Positions 25,912-35,978 of a DNA stretch of 64,000 bases are shown piece by piece. The notes beneath the pieces were generated by a model. The model was not told the origin of the DNA. It saw nothing but the letters and a program-made list of their open reading frames with translations, and searched no databases. Numbering within the stretch: position 1 is the first letter of the stretch; each line of letters starts with the position of its first letter. The position numbers and the translations under genes were made by a program. Origin of the DNA: an uncultured Muribaculaceae bacterium (lineage in GTDB: Bacteria; Bacteroidota; Bacteroidia; Bacteroidales; Muribaculaceae); assembly GCA_944320595.1 (NCBI GenBank), contig CALUIB010000017.1, positions 296 to 64,295 of the forward strand, in the 5' to 3' direction.

Positions 25912-26669
25912 AACAGCCGCTTGTGGCGGATTATGCTCTCATAGTCGATTTCGTCGAAACCGTCAAATTCAGGCTGGCACTCCATGGTTTTCCACACAAT
26001 CATGTCGAAATTCTTGGCATTGTCGATATTGACATAAAGGCTGTAAGAGGGTTGGCTCCCATTCGTTTTGTATTTCCATACTTGTATGCCGTTGCCGATT
26101 TCGTAAATGTCAAGGCTTTCAGGACTGCGTATCAAGTCGGCATTGTCGAAAGCGTCGTCGCTTTCGATGTGCCAAGATGTTGTCGATGTCTTGGTCAGCT
26201 GGGTTATGCCATATGGTTGCATTCCGTCGATATATTGGCATATAAGGAATGGGCAGGCTATTTGTCGTCTATTGGTAAGTCCTCTCTCGCTTGGACAATA
26301 AAAGTAGTATTTCCCACGGTATTTGTATAACGGGAGGTAACATCCGTTAATAGGGATGTGCGTCTGTTCGACCAATGTGCATTGCCGACAGATTTCTTTT
26401 ACCGACAAAAGAATTTGCGTCATGTCATACTCTGGGTCATATGAGGCATACATTATTTGGTTGTATGCCTCCGACTCGTGGTCGGTCTCGATATACAGCT
26501 TGTCGGTGTAGTTGTCATATTTATTCGGTCCGGTGTGATATACCTTTTGGATAAATGTAGTGTCGTTTTCCACAAACGGGCCTTCGCGCACCGTTTCGTT
26601 ATATCCGCCCCGTTGGGCGTATGCTATCAGTGTGGCAAAGCAGGCAAATAGGCAAAATATGCGTTTCAT
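25908..26669 (-). CDS. Hypothetical secreted protein (Tyr/Cys-rich)
   Basis: 253 aa with signal peptide MKRIFCLFACFATLIAYAQ. I recognise no family. Visibly AT-richer than its neighbours. Confidence 0.6.
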   Translation of the reverse strand: MKRIFCLFACFATLIAYAQRGGYNETVREGPFVENDTTFIQKVYHTGPNKYDNYTDKLYIETDHESEAYNQIMYASYDPEYDMTQILLSVKEICRQCTLVEQTHIPINGCYLPLYKYRGKYYFYCPSERGLTNRRQIACPFLICQYIDGMQPYGITQLTKTSTTSWHIESDDAFDNADLIRSPESLDIYEIGNGIQVWKYKTNGSQPSYSLYVNIDNAKNFDMIVWKTMECQPEFDGFDEIDYESIIRHKRLF

Positions 26670-26834
26670 AGCGGCTGTGTTTTATTTACGGTGCAATATT
26701 ATTAAAAAAATGCCGCTTTGCCAATACAAGAACTCGTTTTGTGAAATCCCTAAGTCGGTGCTGTGTCGCATGGGGCTTGCAGATGTCGGGATTTTTTGCG
26801 AATATTGCACCATTAAAAAACAAATCATTAGAAA

Positions 26835-27629
26835 ATGAAACAATACCTCGACTTGCTGCGCCACGTGCGCGACAACGGCGTGCTCAAGGCCGACCGCACC
26901 GGCACCGGCACTCGCAGCGTGTTTGGCTATCAGATGCGTTTCAACCTTGAGGACGGGTTCCCGTTGCTCACCACCAAGAAACTTCACCTGAAATCGATAA
27001 TATATGAATTGCTGTGGTTCCTGCGCGGCGACACCAATGTGCATTACCTGCAAGAGCATGGGGTGAGGATATGGAACGAATGGGCCGACCCCGATGGCAG
27101 CCTCGGCCACATATATGGATACCAGTGGCGTTCGTGGCCCGACTATGACGGCGGCCACATCGACCAGATAGCGCAGGCCGTGGACGCGATAAAGAACAAT
27201 CCCGACTCGCGGCGCATAATAGTGAGCGCATGGAACGTGGCCGACCTGGGGCGCATGAACTTGCCGCCGTGCCACGCCTTCTTCCAGTTCTATGTGGCCG
27301 ACGGGCGGCTGAGCCTGCAACTTTACCAGCGCAGTGCCGACATATTCCTGGGAGTTCCGTTCAATATAGCCTCTTACGCCCTGCTGCTGATGATGATGGC
27401 GCAAGTCACCGGGCTGCGGGCAGGCGACTTTGTCCACACGCTTGGCGACGCGCACATCTACACCAACCACTTCGAGCAGGTGGAGGAGCAGCTGTCGCGC
27501 ACGCCCCGGCCCTTGCCACGCATGGAGATAAACCCGGCGGTGCAAGATATATTCTCGTTCCAATACGAAGACTTCACCCTCACAGGCTACGACCCCTGGC
27601 CCCACATCAGCGCACAAGTGTCGGTGTGA
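26835..27629 (+). CDS. thyA: Thymidylate synthase
   Basis: 264 aa with [30 protein letters not shown] and DAHIYTNH. Confidence 0.97.
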   Translation: MKQYLDLLRHVRDNGVLKADRTGTGTRSVFGYQMRFNLEDGFPLLTTKKLHLKSIIYELLWFLRGDTNVHYLQEHGVRIWNEWADPDGSLGHIYGYQWRSWPDYDGGHIDQIAQAVDAIKNNPDSRRIIVSAWNVADLGRMNLPPCHAFFQFYVADGRLSLQLYQRSADIFLGVPFNIASYALLLMMMAQVTGLRAGDFVHTLGDAHIYTNHFEQVEEQLSRTPRPLPRMEINPAVQDIFSFQYEDFTLTGYDPWPHISAQVSV

Positions 27630-27666
27630 CGGAGAATTATGTTTTTTGTGTGGGAAATGGGTTGTA

Positions 27667-27863
27667 AGAAACTGTTTTGAATTTTTGCAGAAAATATTTA
27701 ATTAATGAGACTGCGGAATTCTTTGTTCATGCTTTGAGCGCCTTTTCGGTCGTTACCGATTGTTTTTTTCGACGTTTAGTTCGCTAAACTTACCCCAAAA
27801 ACAATCAATATCGACTCGAAAATACATCTCAAATCATTGAACAAAAAATTAAAAACAGTTTTT
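27667..27863. repeat. Long imperfect palindrome: a ~135-nt hairpin with a TTCG loop, nested inside an outer ~11-bp stem
   Basis: Arms 27716-27779 and 27784-27850 pair over most of their length by hand alignment (e.g. GTTTAG-ttcg-CTAAAC, CTTTGAG/CTCAAAT, TGTTCA/TGAACA). The outer arms are AAACTGTTTT (27669-27678) and AAAACAGTTT (27852-27861). Confidence 0.7.
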
Positions 27864-27880
27864 AAGTGTGGGGAAATTTG

Positions 27881-27888
27881 TAACTTTG
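27881..27888 (+). promoter_or_regulatory. Putative -7 box (TAACTTTG) for lysS
   Basis: Exact TAnnTTTG match, 36 nt upstream of ATG 27925. Confidence 0.5.
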
Positions 27889-27924
27889 CAAATTATAAGA
27901 CATTTTGACGAATAATACATAGAG

Positions 27925-29658
27925 ATGAGTTTACTTGACTTGAGCGAACAGGAGATAGTAAGGCGCAACAGCCTCGACGAGTTGAGGAAGATGGGCATAG
28001 AGCCTTATCCCGCAGCCGAGTATGTGGTGACGGGCCACACCGACGAGATAAAGGAAATATTCCGTGACGATGCGCCTGCGCGGCAGGTGAGCATTGCCGG
28101 CCGCATAATGAGCCGCCGCATAATGGGCAAGGCCTCGTTCATGGAGTTGCAAGACTCCAAGGGGAGGATACAGGTGTACATTAGCCGCGACGACTTGTGC
28201 CCGGGCGATGACAAAGACCTTTACAACGTGGTGTTCAAGAAACTGCTCGACATAGGCGACTTCGTGGGTGTCGAGGGATTCGTGTTCCGCACACAGATGG
28301 GGGAAATCACCGTGCATGCCCAGCGGCTGACGGTGCTTAGCAAGTCGATACGCCCGCTGCCCATCGTCAAGATGAAGGACGGCGTGAAATACGACGCATT
28401 CGACGACCCCGAGCTGCGCTACCGCCGCCGCTATGTGGACTTGATAGTAAACGACCATGTAAAGGATATTTTCATAAAGCGCACAAAGGTTTACAACTCG
28501 ATGCGCGAATATTTCAACTCCAAGGGCTACCTTGAAGTGGAAACCCCCATCTTGCAGTCAATCCCGGGCGGTGCCGCAGCCAGGCCGTTCATCACCCACC
28601 ACAATGCACTCGACATTCCGCTCTACTTGCGCATTGCCGACGAGCTTTACTTGAAACGCCTCATTGTGGGCGGTTTCGAGGGCGTGTATGAGTTTGGCAA
28701 GAACTTCCGCAACGAGGGCATGGACCGCACCCACAATCCCGAATTTACTTGCATGGAAATATACGTTTCTTACAAGGACTACAACTGGATGATGGAGTTT
28801 ACCGAAAAGATGCTCGAAAAGGTGTGCATGGACGTGAACGGCACCTACGAGGTGCAGGTGGGCGACAACTTGATTAACTTCAAGGCTCCATACAAGCGCG
28901 TCACCATGCTCGACAGCATCAAGGAGTTCACCGGCTACGACCTCACCGGCAAGAACGAGGACGAGATACGCGCCATCTGCAAGGAACTGAAGATGGAGGT
29001 TGACGAGACCATGGGCAAGGGCAAGCTCATCGACGAGATATTCGGCGAGTTCTGCGAGGGGCATTACATACAGCCCACTTTCATCACCGACTACCCGGTG
29101 GAAATGTCGCCGCTCACCAAGCGTCACCGCCACAACCCCGACCTCACCGAGCGTTTCGAGTTGATGGTGAACGGCAAGGAGCTGTGCAACGCATACTCGG
29201 AGCTTAACGACCCCATCGACCAGGCCGAGCGTTTCAAGGAACAATTGCGCCTGAGCGAAAAGGGCGACGACGAGGCAATGTTTATCGACCAGGATTTCGT
29301 CCGTGCACTTGAATATGGCATGCCGCCGACATCGGGCATGGGCATAGGCATGGACCGCCTTGTGATGCTCATGACCGGGCAATCGACCATACAAGAGGTT
29401 TTGCTCTTCCCGCAGATGCGACCCGAGAAGGTGGAGAAGCGCGACAAGGCCGAGGCTTACACAGCCGTAGGCGTGCCTGCCGAGTGGGTCGAAGTGGTGC
29501 AGAAGGCCGGATGCCTCACCGTGGAGGCTCTTGCCGCCGCAGGTGCAGGGAAATTGCACCAAGACCTGTGTGGGCTGAACAAGAAGTATAAGCTGGGGCT
29601 TGCAAACCCCTCGATCGACGATGTGAAGGCATGGATTGAGAATGCAGCCGCCAAGTAA
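27925..29658 (+). CDS. lysS: Lysine--tRNA ligase (class II) with a C-terminal extension
   Basis: 577 aa with [27 protein letters not shown] and [11 protein letters not shown] motifs. Confidence 0.97.
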   Translation: MSLLDLSEQEIVRRNSLDELRKMGIEPYPAAEYVVTGHTDEIKEIFRDDAPARQVSIAGRIMSRRIMGKASFMELQDSKGRIQVYISRDDLCPGDDKDLYNVVFKKLLDIGDFVGVEGFVFRTQMGEITVHAQRLTVLSKSIRPLPIVKMKDGVKYDAFDDPELRYRRRYVDLIVNDHVKDIFIKRTKVYNSMREYFNSKGYLEVETPILQSIPGGAAARPFITHHNALDIPLYLRIADELYLKRLIVGGFEGVYEFGKNFRNEGMDRTHNPEFTCMEIYVSYKDYNWMMEFTEKMLEKVCMDVNGTYEVQVGDNLINFKAPYKRVTMLDSIKEFTGYDLTGKNEDEIRAICKELKMEVDETMGKGKLIDEIFGEFCEGHYIQPTFITDYPVEMSPLTKRHRHNPDLTERFELMVNGKELCNAYSELNDPIDQAERFKEQLRLSEKGDDEAMFIDQDFVRALEYGMPPTSGMGIGMDRLVMLMTGQSTIQEVLLFPQMRPEKVEKRDKAEAYTAVGVPAEWVEVVQKAGCLTVEALAAAGAGKLHQDLCGLNKKYKLGLANPSIDDVKAWIENAAAK

Positions 29659-29684
29659 TCACATATATAAAAGAAGATAATATC

Positions 29685-30689
29685 ATGACTAAAAACCTGA
29701 CGGGCAAGATAGCGGTCATGGGGGGCGGCAGCTGGGCTACGGCTCTTGCCAAGCTGTTGCTGCTTGCACAGGACGACGACATATTGTGGTATATGCGCCG
29801 CGATGACCGCATTGCCGACTTCAAGCGGCTGAACCACAACCCGGTATATTTGTCGGACATACGTTTCGACACCGACCGCATATATTTTTCGAGCGACATC
29901 AACGAGATTAGCTCCATGGCCGACACGCTGCTGCTGGCCATCCCGTCGCCCTACTTGAAGGCGCACCTTGCCAAGCTCACCGCCGACATAAGCGGCAAGC
30001 AGCTTGTGAGTGCGGTGAAGGGAATGGTGGCCGACGACAACATTGTGGTGTCGGAATATATGCAGCGTTTCTATGGAATCGACCCGCGGCGCATTGCCGT
30101 GGTGAGCGGCCCGTGCCATGCCGAGGAGGTCGCGCTGGAGCGGCTTAGCTACCTCACCATCGGCTCAAAGTCGGCCGAGTTGGCCGAGGCTGTCGCCGAG
30201 CGGTTCAACTGCAAGTCGATGCGCACCATCCTGTCGGACGATGTTACCGGCATCGAGTATGCCGCCGTGCTTAAGAATGTGTATGCCATAGCATCGGGCA
30301 TTGTGCACGGCATGAAGGGGGGCGACAACTTCCTGGCCGTGTTGCTGTCGAATGCCATACGCGAGATGGACCGGTTCGTGGCAGTGGCAAGCCCGGGACA
30401 GCGCAACATTTGCGACTCGGTTTACCTTGGCGACCTGCTTGTGACCAGCTATTCGCGTTTCAGCCGCAACCACAATTTCGGCTCGATGATAGGAAAAGGC
30501 TACTCGGTGAAAGCCGCCATGATGGAAATGGAGATGATTGCCGAGGGGTACTATGGCACCAAGTGCATATACGAGGTGAACAAGGAACTGAAAGTGCCCA
30601 TGCCCATACTCGACGGCGTGTATGAAATACTCTACAACTACCGCCCTGCAACCAAGATGATAATGGAAATGGCCTCCACGTTCCATTGA
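29685..30689 (+). CDS. gpsA: NAD(P)H-dependent glycerol-3-phosphate dehydrogenase
   Basis: 334 aa with IAVMGGGSWATALAKLL (Rossmann), GPCHAEEV and the LKNVYAIASG block. Confidence 0.95.
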   Translation: MTKNLTGKIAVMGGGSWATALAKLLLLAQDDDILWYMRRDDRIADFKRLNHNPVYLSDIRFDTDRIYFSSDINEISSMADTLLLAIPSPYLKAHLAKLTADISGKQLVSAVKGMVADDNIVVSEYMQRFYGIDPRRIAVVSGPCHAEEVALERLSYLTIGSKSAELAEAVAERFNCKSMRTILSDDVTGIEYAAVLKNVYAIASGIVHGMKGGDNFLAVLLSNAIREMDRFVAVASPGQRNICDSVYLGDLLVTSYSRFSRNHNFGSMIGKGYSVKAAMMEMEMIAEGYYGTKCIYEVNKELKVPMPILDGVYEILYNYRPATKMIMEMASTFH

Positions 30690-30746
30690 CCATCGCTAAT
30701 AATTTGTTTGAACTTATAATGTCTTTTTTAAATAAGCTAAAGAAAG

Positions 30747-32075
30747 ATGAAAACGATTCAATTCATTAATCGTGACGCGCTCGGAACGGTTTCCGAAGCC
30801 GACATCAACAGCCTGCAGCCGAGTGCGGCACAGGCTATGGAAAAGCTCCATAACGGCACAGGTGCCGGTAATGATTTCCTTGGCTGGCTGCACCTGCCAA
30901 GCGAGACACCCGAGGCGTTGCTCGATGACATCAATGCCACGGCTCGTTGCTTTGCCGACTGTGAATATGTTGTTGCCATAGGCATCGGTGGCAGCTACCT
31001 TGGCGCAAAGGCCGTAATCGAGGCCTTGAGCGACTCGTTTGCCGCTTACAAGCCTGCACAGGGCCCACGCGTGGTGTTTGCTGGGCAAAACATAGGCGAA
31101 GACTACCTGCATGAACTGAAAGGCTTGCTCGCAGGCAAGAAATTCGGTATCATAGTCATCTCGAAGTCGGGCACGACCACCGAGCCGGCCATTGCATTCC
31201 GCATGCTGCGTGAAATGCTTGAGTCGCAAGAGGGCAAGGCATTTGCCGCAAGCCACATTGTGGCTATCACCGATGCCCACAAGGGTGCGCTGCGCAAGCT
31301 CGCAACCGAGGAGGGCTACAAGACATTCGTCATTGAGGACAATGTGGGCGGACGGTTCTCGGTGCTCACTCCAGTGGGATTGCTCCCGATTGCCGTGGCC
31401 GGTTACGACATAAAGGCACTGATGGCCGGTGCGAAGGGTATGGAAGAAGCCACTGCACAGGCCGGAAACATAGCCGAGGCATACGCCATGACGCGCAACG
31501 CACTTTACCGCGCAGGCAAGAAGGTGGAAATACTTGTGAACTTCAACCCCAAATTGCACTACTTCGCCGAGTGGTGGAAACAACTTTATGGCGAAAGCGA
31601 GGGCAAGGATGGCAAGGGCATATTCCCGGCTGCCGTTGACGATACCACCGACCTGCACTCGATGGGCCAGTGGATACAAGAGGGCGAACGCACTATCTTT
31701 GAAACGGTCATATCGGTGGGCGATGCACAATATACCGAGGTCATTCCGGCCGACGATGCCAACCTCGACGGGCTGAACTACATAGCTGGCCGCCGCGTGG
31801 ATGAGGTGAACAAGATGGCCGAGCTTGGCACACGCCTTGCTCACGTCGATGGTGGTGTGCCTAACTTGCTTATTACCGTTCCGGCTCTCACCGAGCAATA
31901 CCTTGGCGAGCTTATCTACTTCTTCGAGAAGGCTTGCGGCATAAGCGGTTACATACTTGATGTGAACCCGTTCAACCAACCTGGCGTTGAGGCTTACAAG
32001 AAGAATATGTTCGCGCTGCTCAACAAGCCTGGCTACGAGGCCGAAAGTGCAGCCATTCAAGCAAAATTGAAGTAA
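30747..32075 (+). CDS. pgi: Glucose-6-phosphate isomerase
   Basis: 442 aa with [34 protein letters not shown] and the [13 protein letters not shown] block. Confidence 0.95.
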   Translation: MKTIQFINRDALGTVSEADINSLQPSAAQAMEKLHNGTGAGNDFLGWLHLPSETPEALLDDINATARCFADCEYVVAIGIGGSYLGAKAVIEALSDSFAAYKPAQGPRVVFAGQNIGEDYLHELKGLLAGKKFGIIVISKSGTTTEPAIAFRMLREMLESQEGKAFAASHIVAITDAHKGALRKLATEEGYKTFVIEDNVGGRFSVLTPVGLLPIAVAGYDIKALMAGAKGMEEATAQAGNIAEAYAMTRNALYRAGKKVEILVNFNPKLHYFAEWWKQLYGESEGKDGKGIFPAAVDDTTDLHSMGQWIQEGERTIFETVISVGDAQYTEVIPADDANLDGLNYIAGRRVDEVNKMAELGTRLAHVDGGVPNLLITVPALTEQYLGELIYFFEKACGISGYILDVNPFNQPGVEAYKKNMFALLNKPGYEAESAAIQAKLK

Positions 32076-32098
32076 TTCGTTATAGAATACTACGGAAA

Positions 32099-32146
32099 AG
32101 GGGGGAGGGCAGGACAAGTGCCTGCATCCCTCCCCCCTAATTTTTT
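32099..32146 (+). terminator. Rho-independent terminator after pgi
   Basis: GGGGGGAGGGCAGG / CCTGCATCCCTCCCCCC stem followed by TTTTTT. Confidence 0.8.
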
Positions 32147-32173
32147 ATGTTTAATTTTTGTTATTACAAAGTT

Positions 32174-32737
32174 ATGTTCAAAAAAGGTTTTAATCGTTTA
32201 GCCATGATTATGCTCATGGCTGTGTTGCCAATTGCATTCGCATCTTGCTCCGACAATGAAGATGAACCCCAATTGCCACAACCCGAAGTTGAGGGGATGT
32301 TGGTGAATTACAGTGCGCAAATCGACTCTGCCATGCTTAAATACTTTGATGTGACGGTGGAGTACACCTCCTTCGACGGACAAACCGTCACAGTGCCACT
32401 TAACGGCAAGCAGTGGACTCAGGCAGTGGCATTTGTCCGCGAGAAAGGTGAGATGCCTTCCGATTTGGACGTGGCATTGAAAATCGCTAAGAAACAGTCG
32501 CCTGAATTCGAGGGAAAAAGTGTGCGTATCGATGGCCGTGTTGACTTGGTGTCAAGCATGGTATATACCGATGGCACTGTTACATATTTAACCCATGGTT
32601 TAAAAACCGAAAAAAGTACAATTGCTGTTGATAAATTGGATGACTATATTGACAGCAAAAATGGCGTAATCGTGCATTATGAGGTCAGCGGTATTACGTA
32701 TGACGAGAATGGCGAAGTTGTCAGTCCGATACTATAA
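32174..32737 (+). CDS. Hypothetical lipoprotein (paralog A)
   Basis: ORF 32147-32737 with ATG 32174 (MFKKGFNRLAMIMLMAVLPIAFASCSDNEDEP: lipobox FASC). Paralogous to the next gene. Confidence 0.7.
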   Translation: MFKKGFNRLAMIMLMAVLPIAFASCSDNEDEPQLPQPEVEGMLVNYSAQIDSAMLKYFDVTVEYTSFDGQTVTVPLNGKQWTQAVAFVREKGEMPSDLDVALKIAKKQSPEFEGKSVRIDGRVDLVSSMVYTDGTVTYLTHGLKTEKSTIAVDKLDDYIDSKNGVIVHYEVSGITYDENGEVVSPIL

Positions 32738-32778
32738 CAGCAACTGTTTTTTCAGGTTTTAAATTTTATCATAAAGTT

Positions 32779-33318
32779 ATGATTAAGAAATTCAATCGCA
32801 TTGCCATGGCAATGCTCGTGGCAGCAATGCCAGTTGTATTCGCATCCTGTTCAGATGACGAAAATAATGATGAACCGCAACCCGAGGCAGTGCGCGTGGT
32901 TGCGACTTACAATGCGCAAATCCACTTGTCGATGCTTGACTACCTTGATGTGATGGTGGATTATCCGGGTCCCGACGGGCAGGTTGTTACCGACACCCTT
33001 GGCAGCGCGGAGTGGGAAAGGCAAGTGAAGTATGAGCGCGACAATGGCGAATTGCCAAGCTCGCTGCAAGCAGTCTTGAGAATAGCGGTCAAGGAGCAAT
33101 CGCAGGTGCAAGACGGGAGTGCTCAAGTAAGCATTGGTGGAAAAATCGGGATAGAGTCATATACCGAATACTCCAATGGCTCGAAAGAGGCAAGTGTGTT
33201 GACATCGGATGAAGCCGCGGAATTTGAAGTTGATGCTGAACATCTTGATGAATTCGCTGCGGTAGATGATGGCGTAATTGCGGTTGCTAATTGCGTAGTC
33301 GGCAACATTGTCAAATAA
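32779..33318 (+). CDS. Hypothetical lipoprotein (paralog B)
   Basis: 179 aa beginning MIKKFNRIAMAMLVAAMPVVFASCSDDENNDEPQPE. It aligns with paralog A (YNAQIHLSMLDYLDVMVDY versus YSAQIDSAMLKYFDVTVEY; GELPSSLQAVLRIA versus GEMPSDLDVALKIA). Confidence 0.7.
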   Translation: MIKKFNRIAMAMLVAAMPVVFASCSDDENNDEPQPEAVRVVATYNAQIHLSMLDYLDVMVDYPGPDGQVVTDTLGSAEWERQVKYERDNGELPSSLQAVLRIAVKEQSQVQDGSAQVSIGGKIGIESYTEYSNGSKEASVLTSDEAAEFEVDAEHLDEFAAVDDGVIAVANCVVGNIVK

Positions 33319-33351
33319 TACAAAGGATTAACAGAGGCCAAAACTATAGCC

Positions 33352-33414
33352 GCAAAAGCATGGATGGAGGGCGAGCATGGTTATTCCCATGAGGTCGCCC
33401 TCCATTGCTTTTGC
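33352..33414 (+). terminator. Strong hairpin after the lipoprotein pair
   Basis: GCAAAAGCATGGATGGAGGGCGA / TCGCCCTCCATTGCTTTTGC: a ~20-bp stem, with no U-run. Confidence 0.6.
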
Positions 33415-33580
33415 GTATAATGCTCACTGAATAAGACTGTTAACAAAAAATATGCAGGTTTGCAGGGTTAAAATATGTAAAAATCATGTTGTATAACAAA
33501 AAAATGACCATCTTTGCACCGTGTTAAGATTAATAGAAGTTGATAGTTAACAACTAAATAACAACTAAATTAATTAAATT

Positions 33581-34264
33581 ATGAAAAAATTTATTTTGGC
33601 AGCTGCCGTGTTGGCAGCATTTTCAACCAGTGGTGTAGCTGAAAACAACTACAAGCCTGAAGCAATGAGTGTTGCAACTGAAATCAACTATTCTTTTGAC
33701 GGAGCAAACACCAACGAGGGTTTCCAATTGCCCGAATATGGTGCAAAGGTTCGCTTGTTCCTCAACGACAACTGGGTGGTTCGCTTGAACCTTGGCCTTG
33801 GCGTTGATACTCAAAAGGGTACTACATATTACGAGGATGCAAATACCGAGTATGAGCGTTACAACAAGACTACGACTACTACATTCTCTATCATGCCTGG
33901 TTTTGAATACCACTTCAACAAGTTTGACAGGATTTCTCCGTATGTAGGTGCTGAACTTGGCATCCGCACTTTGTCAACAAAGAATGTAACTGAGGATGAG
34001 CATGCCGAAAGCCGCACCGAAGATAAGACTCCGGGTCTTGGTTTCGCAGTAAACGCTGTGAGCGGTGTCGATGTTTACCTCTGCAAGGGCCTTTACGTTG
34101 GTGCTGAACTTGGCCTTGGCTATGAAATGATGAACGTTAAGCGTGGCACCTCGACTGTAGAGCAGGGCAACAACAAGGTAGAGACCGATGGCAGCAATTC
34201 TACTAAGGCTGGCGAATTTGGTTTCCATGTAACCCCGACCCTCCGCATCGGTTGGTTCTTCTAA
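33581..34264 (+). CDS. Outer-membrane beta-barrel protein (small porin/OmpW-like class)
   Basis: 227 aa with a signal peptide, alternating beta-strand pattern (VRLNLGLGV, GAELGIRT, GAELGLGYEM) and C-terminal LRIGWFF. Confidence 0.8.
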   Translation: MKKFILAAAVLAAFSTSGVAENNYKPEAMSVATEINYSFDGANTNEGFQLPEYGAKVRLFLNDNWVVRLNLGLGVDTQKGTTYYEDANTEYERYNKTTTTTFSIMPGFEYHFNKFDRISPYVGAELGIRTLSTKNVTEDEHAESRTEDKTPGLGFAVNAVSGVDVYLCKGLYVGAELGLGYEMMNVKRGTSTVEQGNNKVETDGSNSTKAGEFGFHVTPTLRIGWFF

Positions 34265-34294
34265 TAATCCACAGACTTTAAGATAATATAAATG

Positions 34295-34329
34295 GCGGCC
34301 TTTCACCTCGAGTGAGAGGCCGCTTTTTT
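34295..34329 (+). terminator. Rho-independent terminator after the OMP gene
   Basis: GCGGCCTTTCAC / GTGAGAGGCCGC stem followed by TTTTTT. Confidence 0.8.
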
Positions 34330-34351
34330 GTAGAGGCATTTATAGGCGGTT

Positions 34352-34377
34352 TGTAGAGACGATGTGTACATCGTCTC
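34352..34377. repeat. REP-like palindrome, variant TGTAGAGACGATGTGTACATCGTCTC
   Basis: Shares the TGTAGAGACG...CGTCTC arms with 4622-4651 and 35979-36008. Confidence 0.8.
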
Positions 34378-34417
34378 GGTGACAGGCGCTGTTGATAGGA
34401 GGAGGGGTGAGACGATG

Positions 34418-34447
34418 TGCAGAGACGATGTGCACATCGTCTCTACA
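34418..34447. repeat. REP-like palindrome, variant TGCAGAGACGATGTGCACATCGTCTCTACA
   Basis: Preceded by a half-copy, GAGACGATGTGC (34409-34420). The right arm overlaps the queG stop codon (34443-34445). Confidence 0.8.
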
Positions 34448-35372
34448 GCAGGGCGGCGTTGCGGCGGAGTCCGTCCAAGCGGGTGCGGCGCACTGCGCTG
34501 TGGGCAAACAGGCGGCGAAATTTGGCCGGTGTCATACAGGCAATGTCCTCGTGGGTGAGTGACAGGAATTCTTCACTTGGGGCGAAGTCGGATATTGTAG
34601 TGGGCATGGTGTTGCGGTTGTGCGGACACACAAGTTGGCAGGTATCGCAGCCATACACCCTGTTCCCAACTGCCGCAGCCACCCACTGCGGCAAATCGCC
34701 GCGCCGCTCGATTAACTGGCACGACAGGCATTGCCGCGCATCGAGTGCTGTGCCGTCATGCAGTGCGCCGCCTGGGCAGGCGGCCTCGCACCGGTGGCAG
34801 TCGCCGCAAGTGAGGCTGTACGGCTCGTCGGGTTTCACTTCGAGTGTGGTGACAAGCTCGCCAAGGAAGAAGAACGACCCTCGACCGGGCAATATCAAGG
34901 CATTATTGCGGCCAATGAACCCTATGCCGGCCTTCCTGGCCCAGTATCGTTCACGCAATGGGGCGGTATCGACGCACGGGCGAGACTGGCAGCCTGTGGT
35001 CTTGGCTATAAATGAGGCAAGCAGCAGCAGCCTCTCTTTAAGCACTTCATGATAGTCGCGCCCGTAGGCATAGAGTGCGAACTGTGGGGCATAGGCCGGT
35101 TGCCTTTTGGCTGGGAGGTAATTGGCTGCCACGCATATTATGGTCTTAGCCCCGTCGAGCAGCAGGCGTGGGTCGTTGCGCACGTCGCGGTATCGGGCGG
35201 CATATTCCATGCAGTCGTTATGTCTGGCGGCAATCCAACGGTCGTATTGCTCCACTGCCCACTGTTCCACCGGCTCGGCGCAGGCAAAACCGCAGGCATC
35301 GAATCCTATCGACAGTGCCTTGGCGCGTACAGCCTCGCGCACATCACAGCTCGCTGAGCGGCAAGAATCCAT
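34443..35372 (-). CDS. queG: tRNA epoxyqueuosine(34) reductase
   Basis: 309 aa with CGDCHRCEAACPGGAL and YGCDTCQLVCPHN (two 4Fe-4S motifs). The N-terminal block is typical of QueG. Confidence 0.9.
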   Translation of the reverse strand: MDSCRSASCDVREAVRAKALSIGFDACGFACAEPVEQWAVEQYDRWIAARHNDCMEYAARYRDVRNDPRLLLDGAKTIICVAANYLPAKRQPAYAPQFALYAYGRDYHEVLKERLLLLASFIAKTTGCQSRPCVDTAPLRERYWARKAGIGFIGRNNALILPGRGSFFFLGELVTTLEVKPDEPYSLTCGDCHRCEAACPGGALHDGTALDARQCLSCQLIERRGDLPQWVAAAVGNRVYGCDTCQLVCPHNRNTMPTTISDFAPSEEFLSLTHEDIACMTPAKFRRLFAHSAVRRTRLDGLRRNAALL

Positions 35373-35961
35373 ATCCCTGTTCCATAAGCCACTCTATCGC
35401 CCTCGGCAGTGCATACTTCATGTTGGCTTCGGCCTTGAGCGAATCGTGGAATACGATAATCGACCCGTTGCGCGCATACCGTTTCACGTTGCGCAGTACC
35501 TGTTCGCCGGTGAGCTTGCGGTTATAGTCGCGCGTTACAAGGTCATACATCACTATGTTGTAATGGTTCTTCAGCAGTCGTGCCGTTCCCCAGCGCATTA
35601 TGCCGTGTGGCGGGCGGAACAGCGTGGAGCCTATCAGCAATTCGGCCTCCTTCACGTTGCGCAGGTAGGTGCGGGTTGTCACCATCGAGCTTTGTACATG
35701 GCTCATGGTGTGGTTTCCCACGCTGTGTCCGCGGCGACGCAATTCGGCAAATAGGTCGGGGTTGCGCCGCACGTTCTCGCCCACGCAGAAGAAAGTGGCG
35801 TGGATGCCGTAATGGTCGAGCGTGTCGAGTACCCATGGGGTGACTTCGGGGATAGGTCCGTCGTCGAATGTCAGGTAAACCACCTTTTGCCGGCGGTTCA
35901 ACCTCCACAGGGCCTCGGGGAACAACATTCGGTATAGCAATGGGGGCTGTTCTATCAGCAT
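35344..35961 (-). CDS. Polysaccharide deacetylase (CE4/NodB-type) family protein
   Basis: 205 aa with VYLTFDDGP, ATFFCVGEN, GNHTMSH, LFRPPHG and IIVFHD. Confidence 0.85.
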   Translation of the reverse strand: MLIEQPPLLYRMLFPEALWRLNRRQKVVYLTFDDGPIPEVTPWVLDTLDHYGIHATFFCVGENVRRNPDLFAELRRRGHSVGNHTMSHVQSSMVTTRTYLRNVKEAELLIGSTLFRPPHGIMRWGTARLLKNHYNIVMYDLVTRDYNRKLTGEQVLRNVKRYARNGSIIVFHDSLKAEANMKYALPRAIEWLMEQGYGFLPLSEL

Positions 35962-35978
35962 GGCTTTGGTTAAATAAA

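Noticed and set aside
26682-27617. A 311-aa minus-strand ORF. Similar long antisense ORFs occur at 7918-8835, 13358-14080, 22747-23838, 24991-25881, 28558-29562, 37313-38362 and 62280-62963.
   Set aside because: All are antisense to genes with strong family signatures (thyA, yfhO, meaB, AGCS, the 4Fe-4S gene, lysS, DUF2723, deaminase/ssb) and have skewed Arg/Ala/His composition.
30714-32117. A 467-aa minus-strand ORF
   Set aside because: It is antisense to pgi, with no recognisable motifs.
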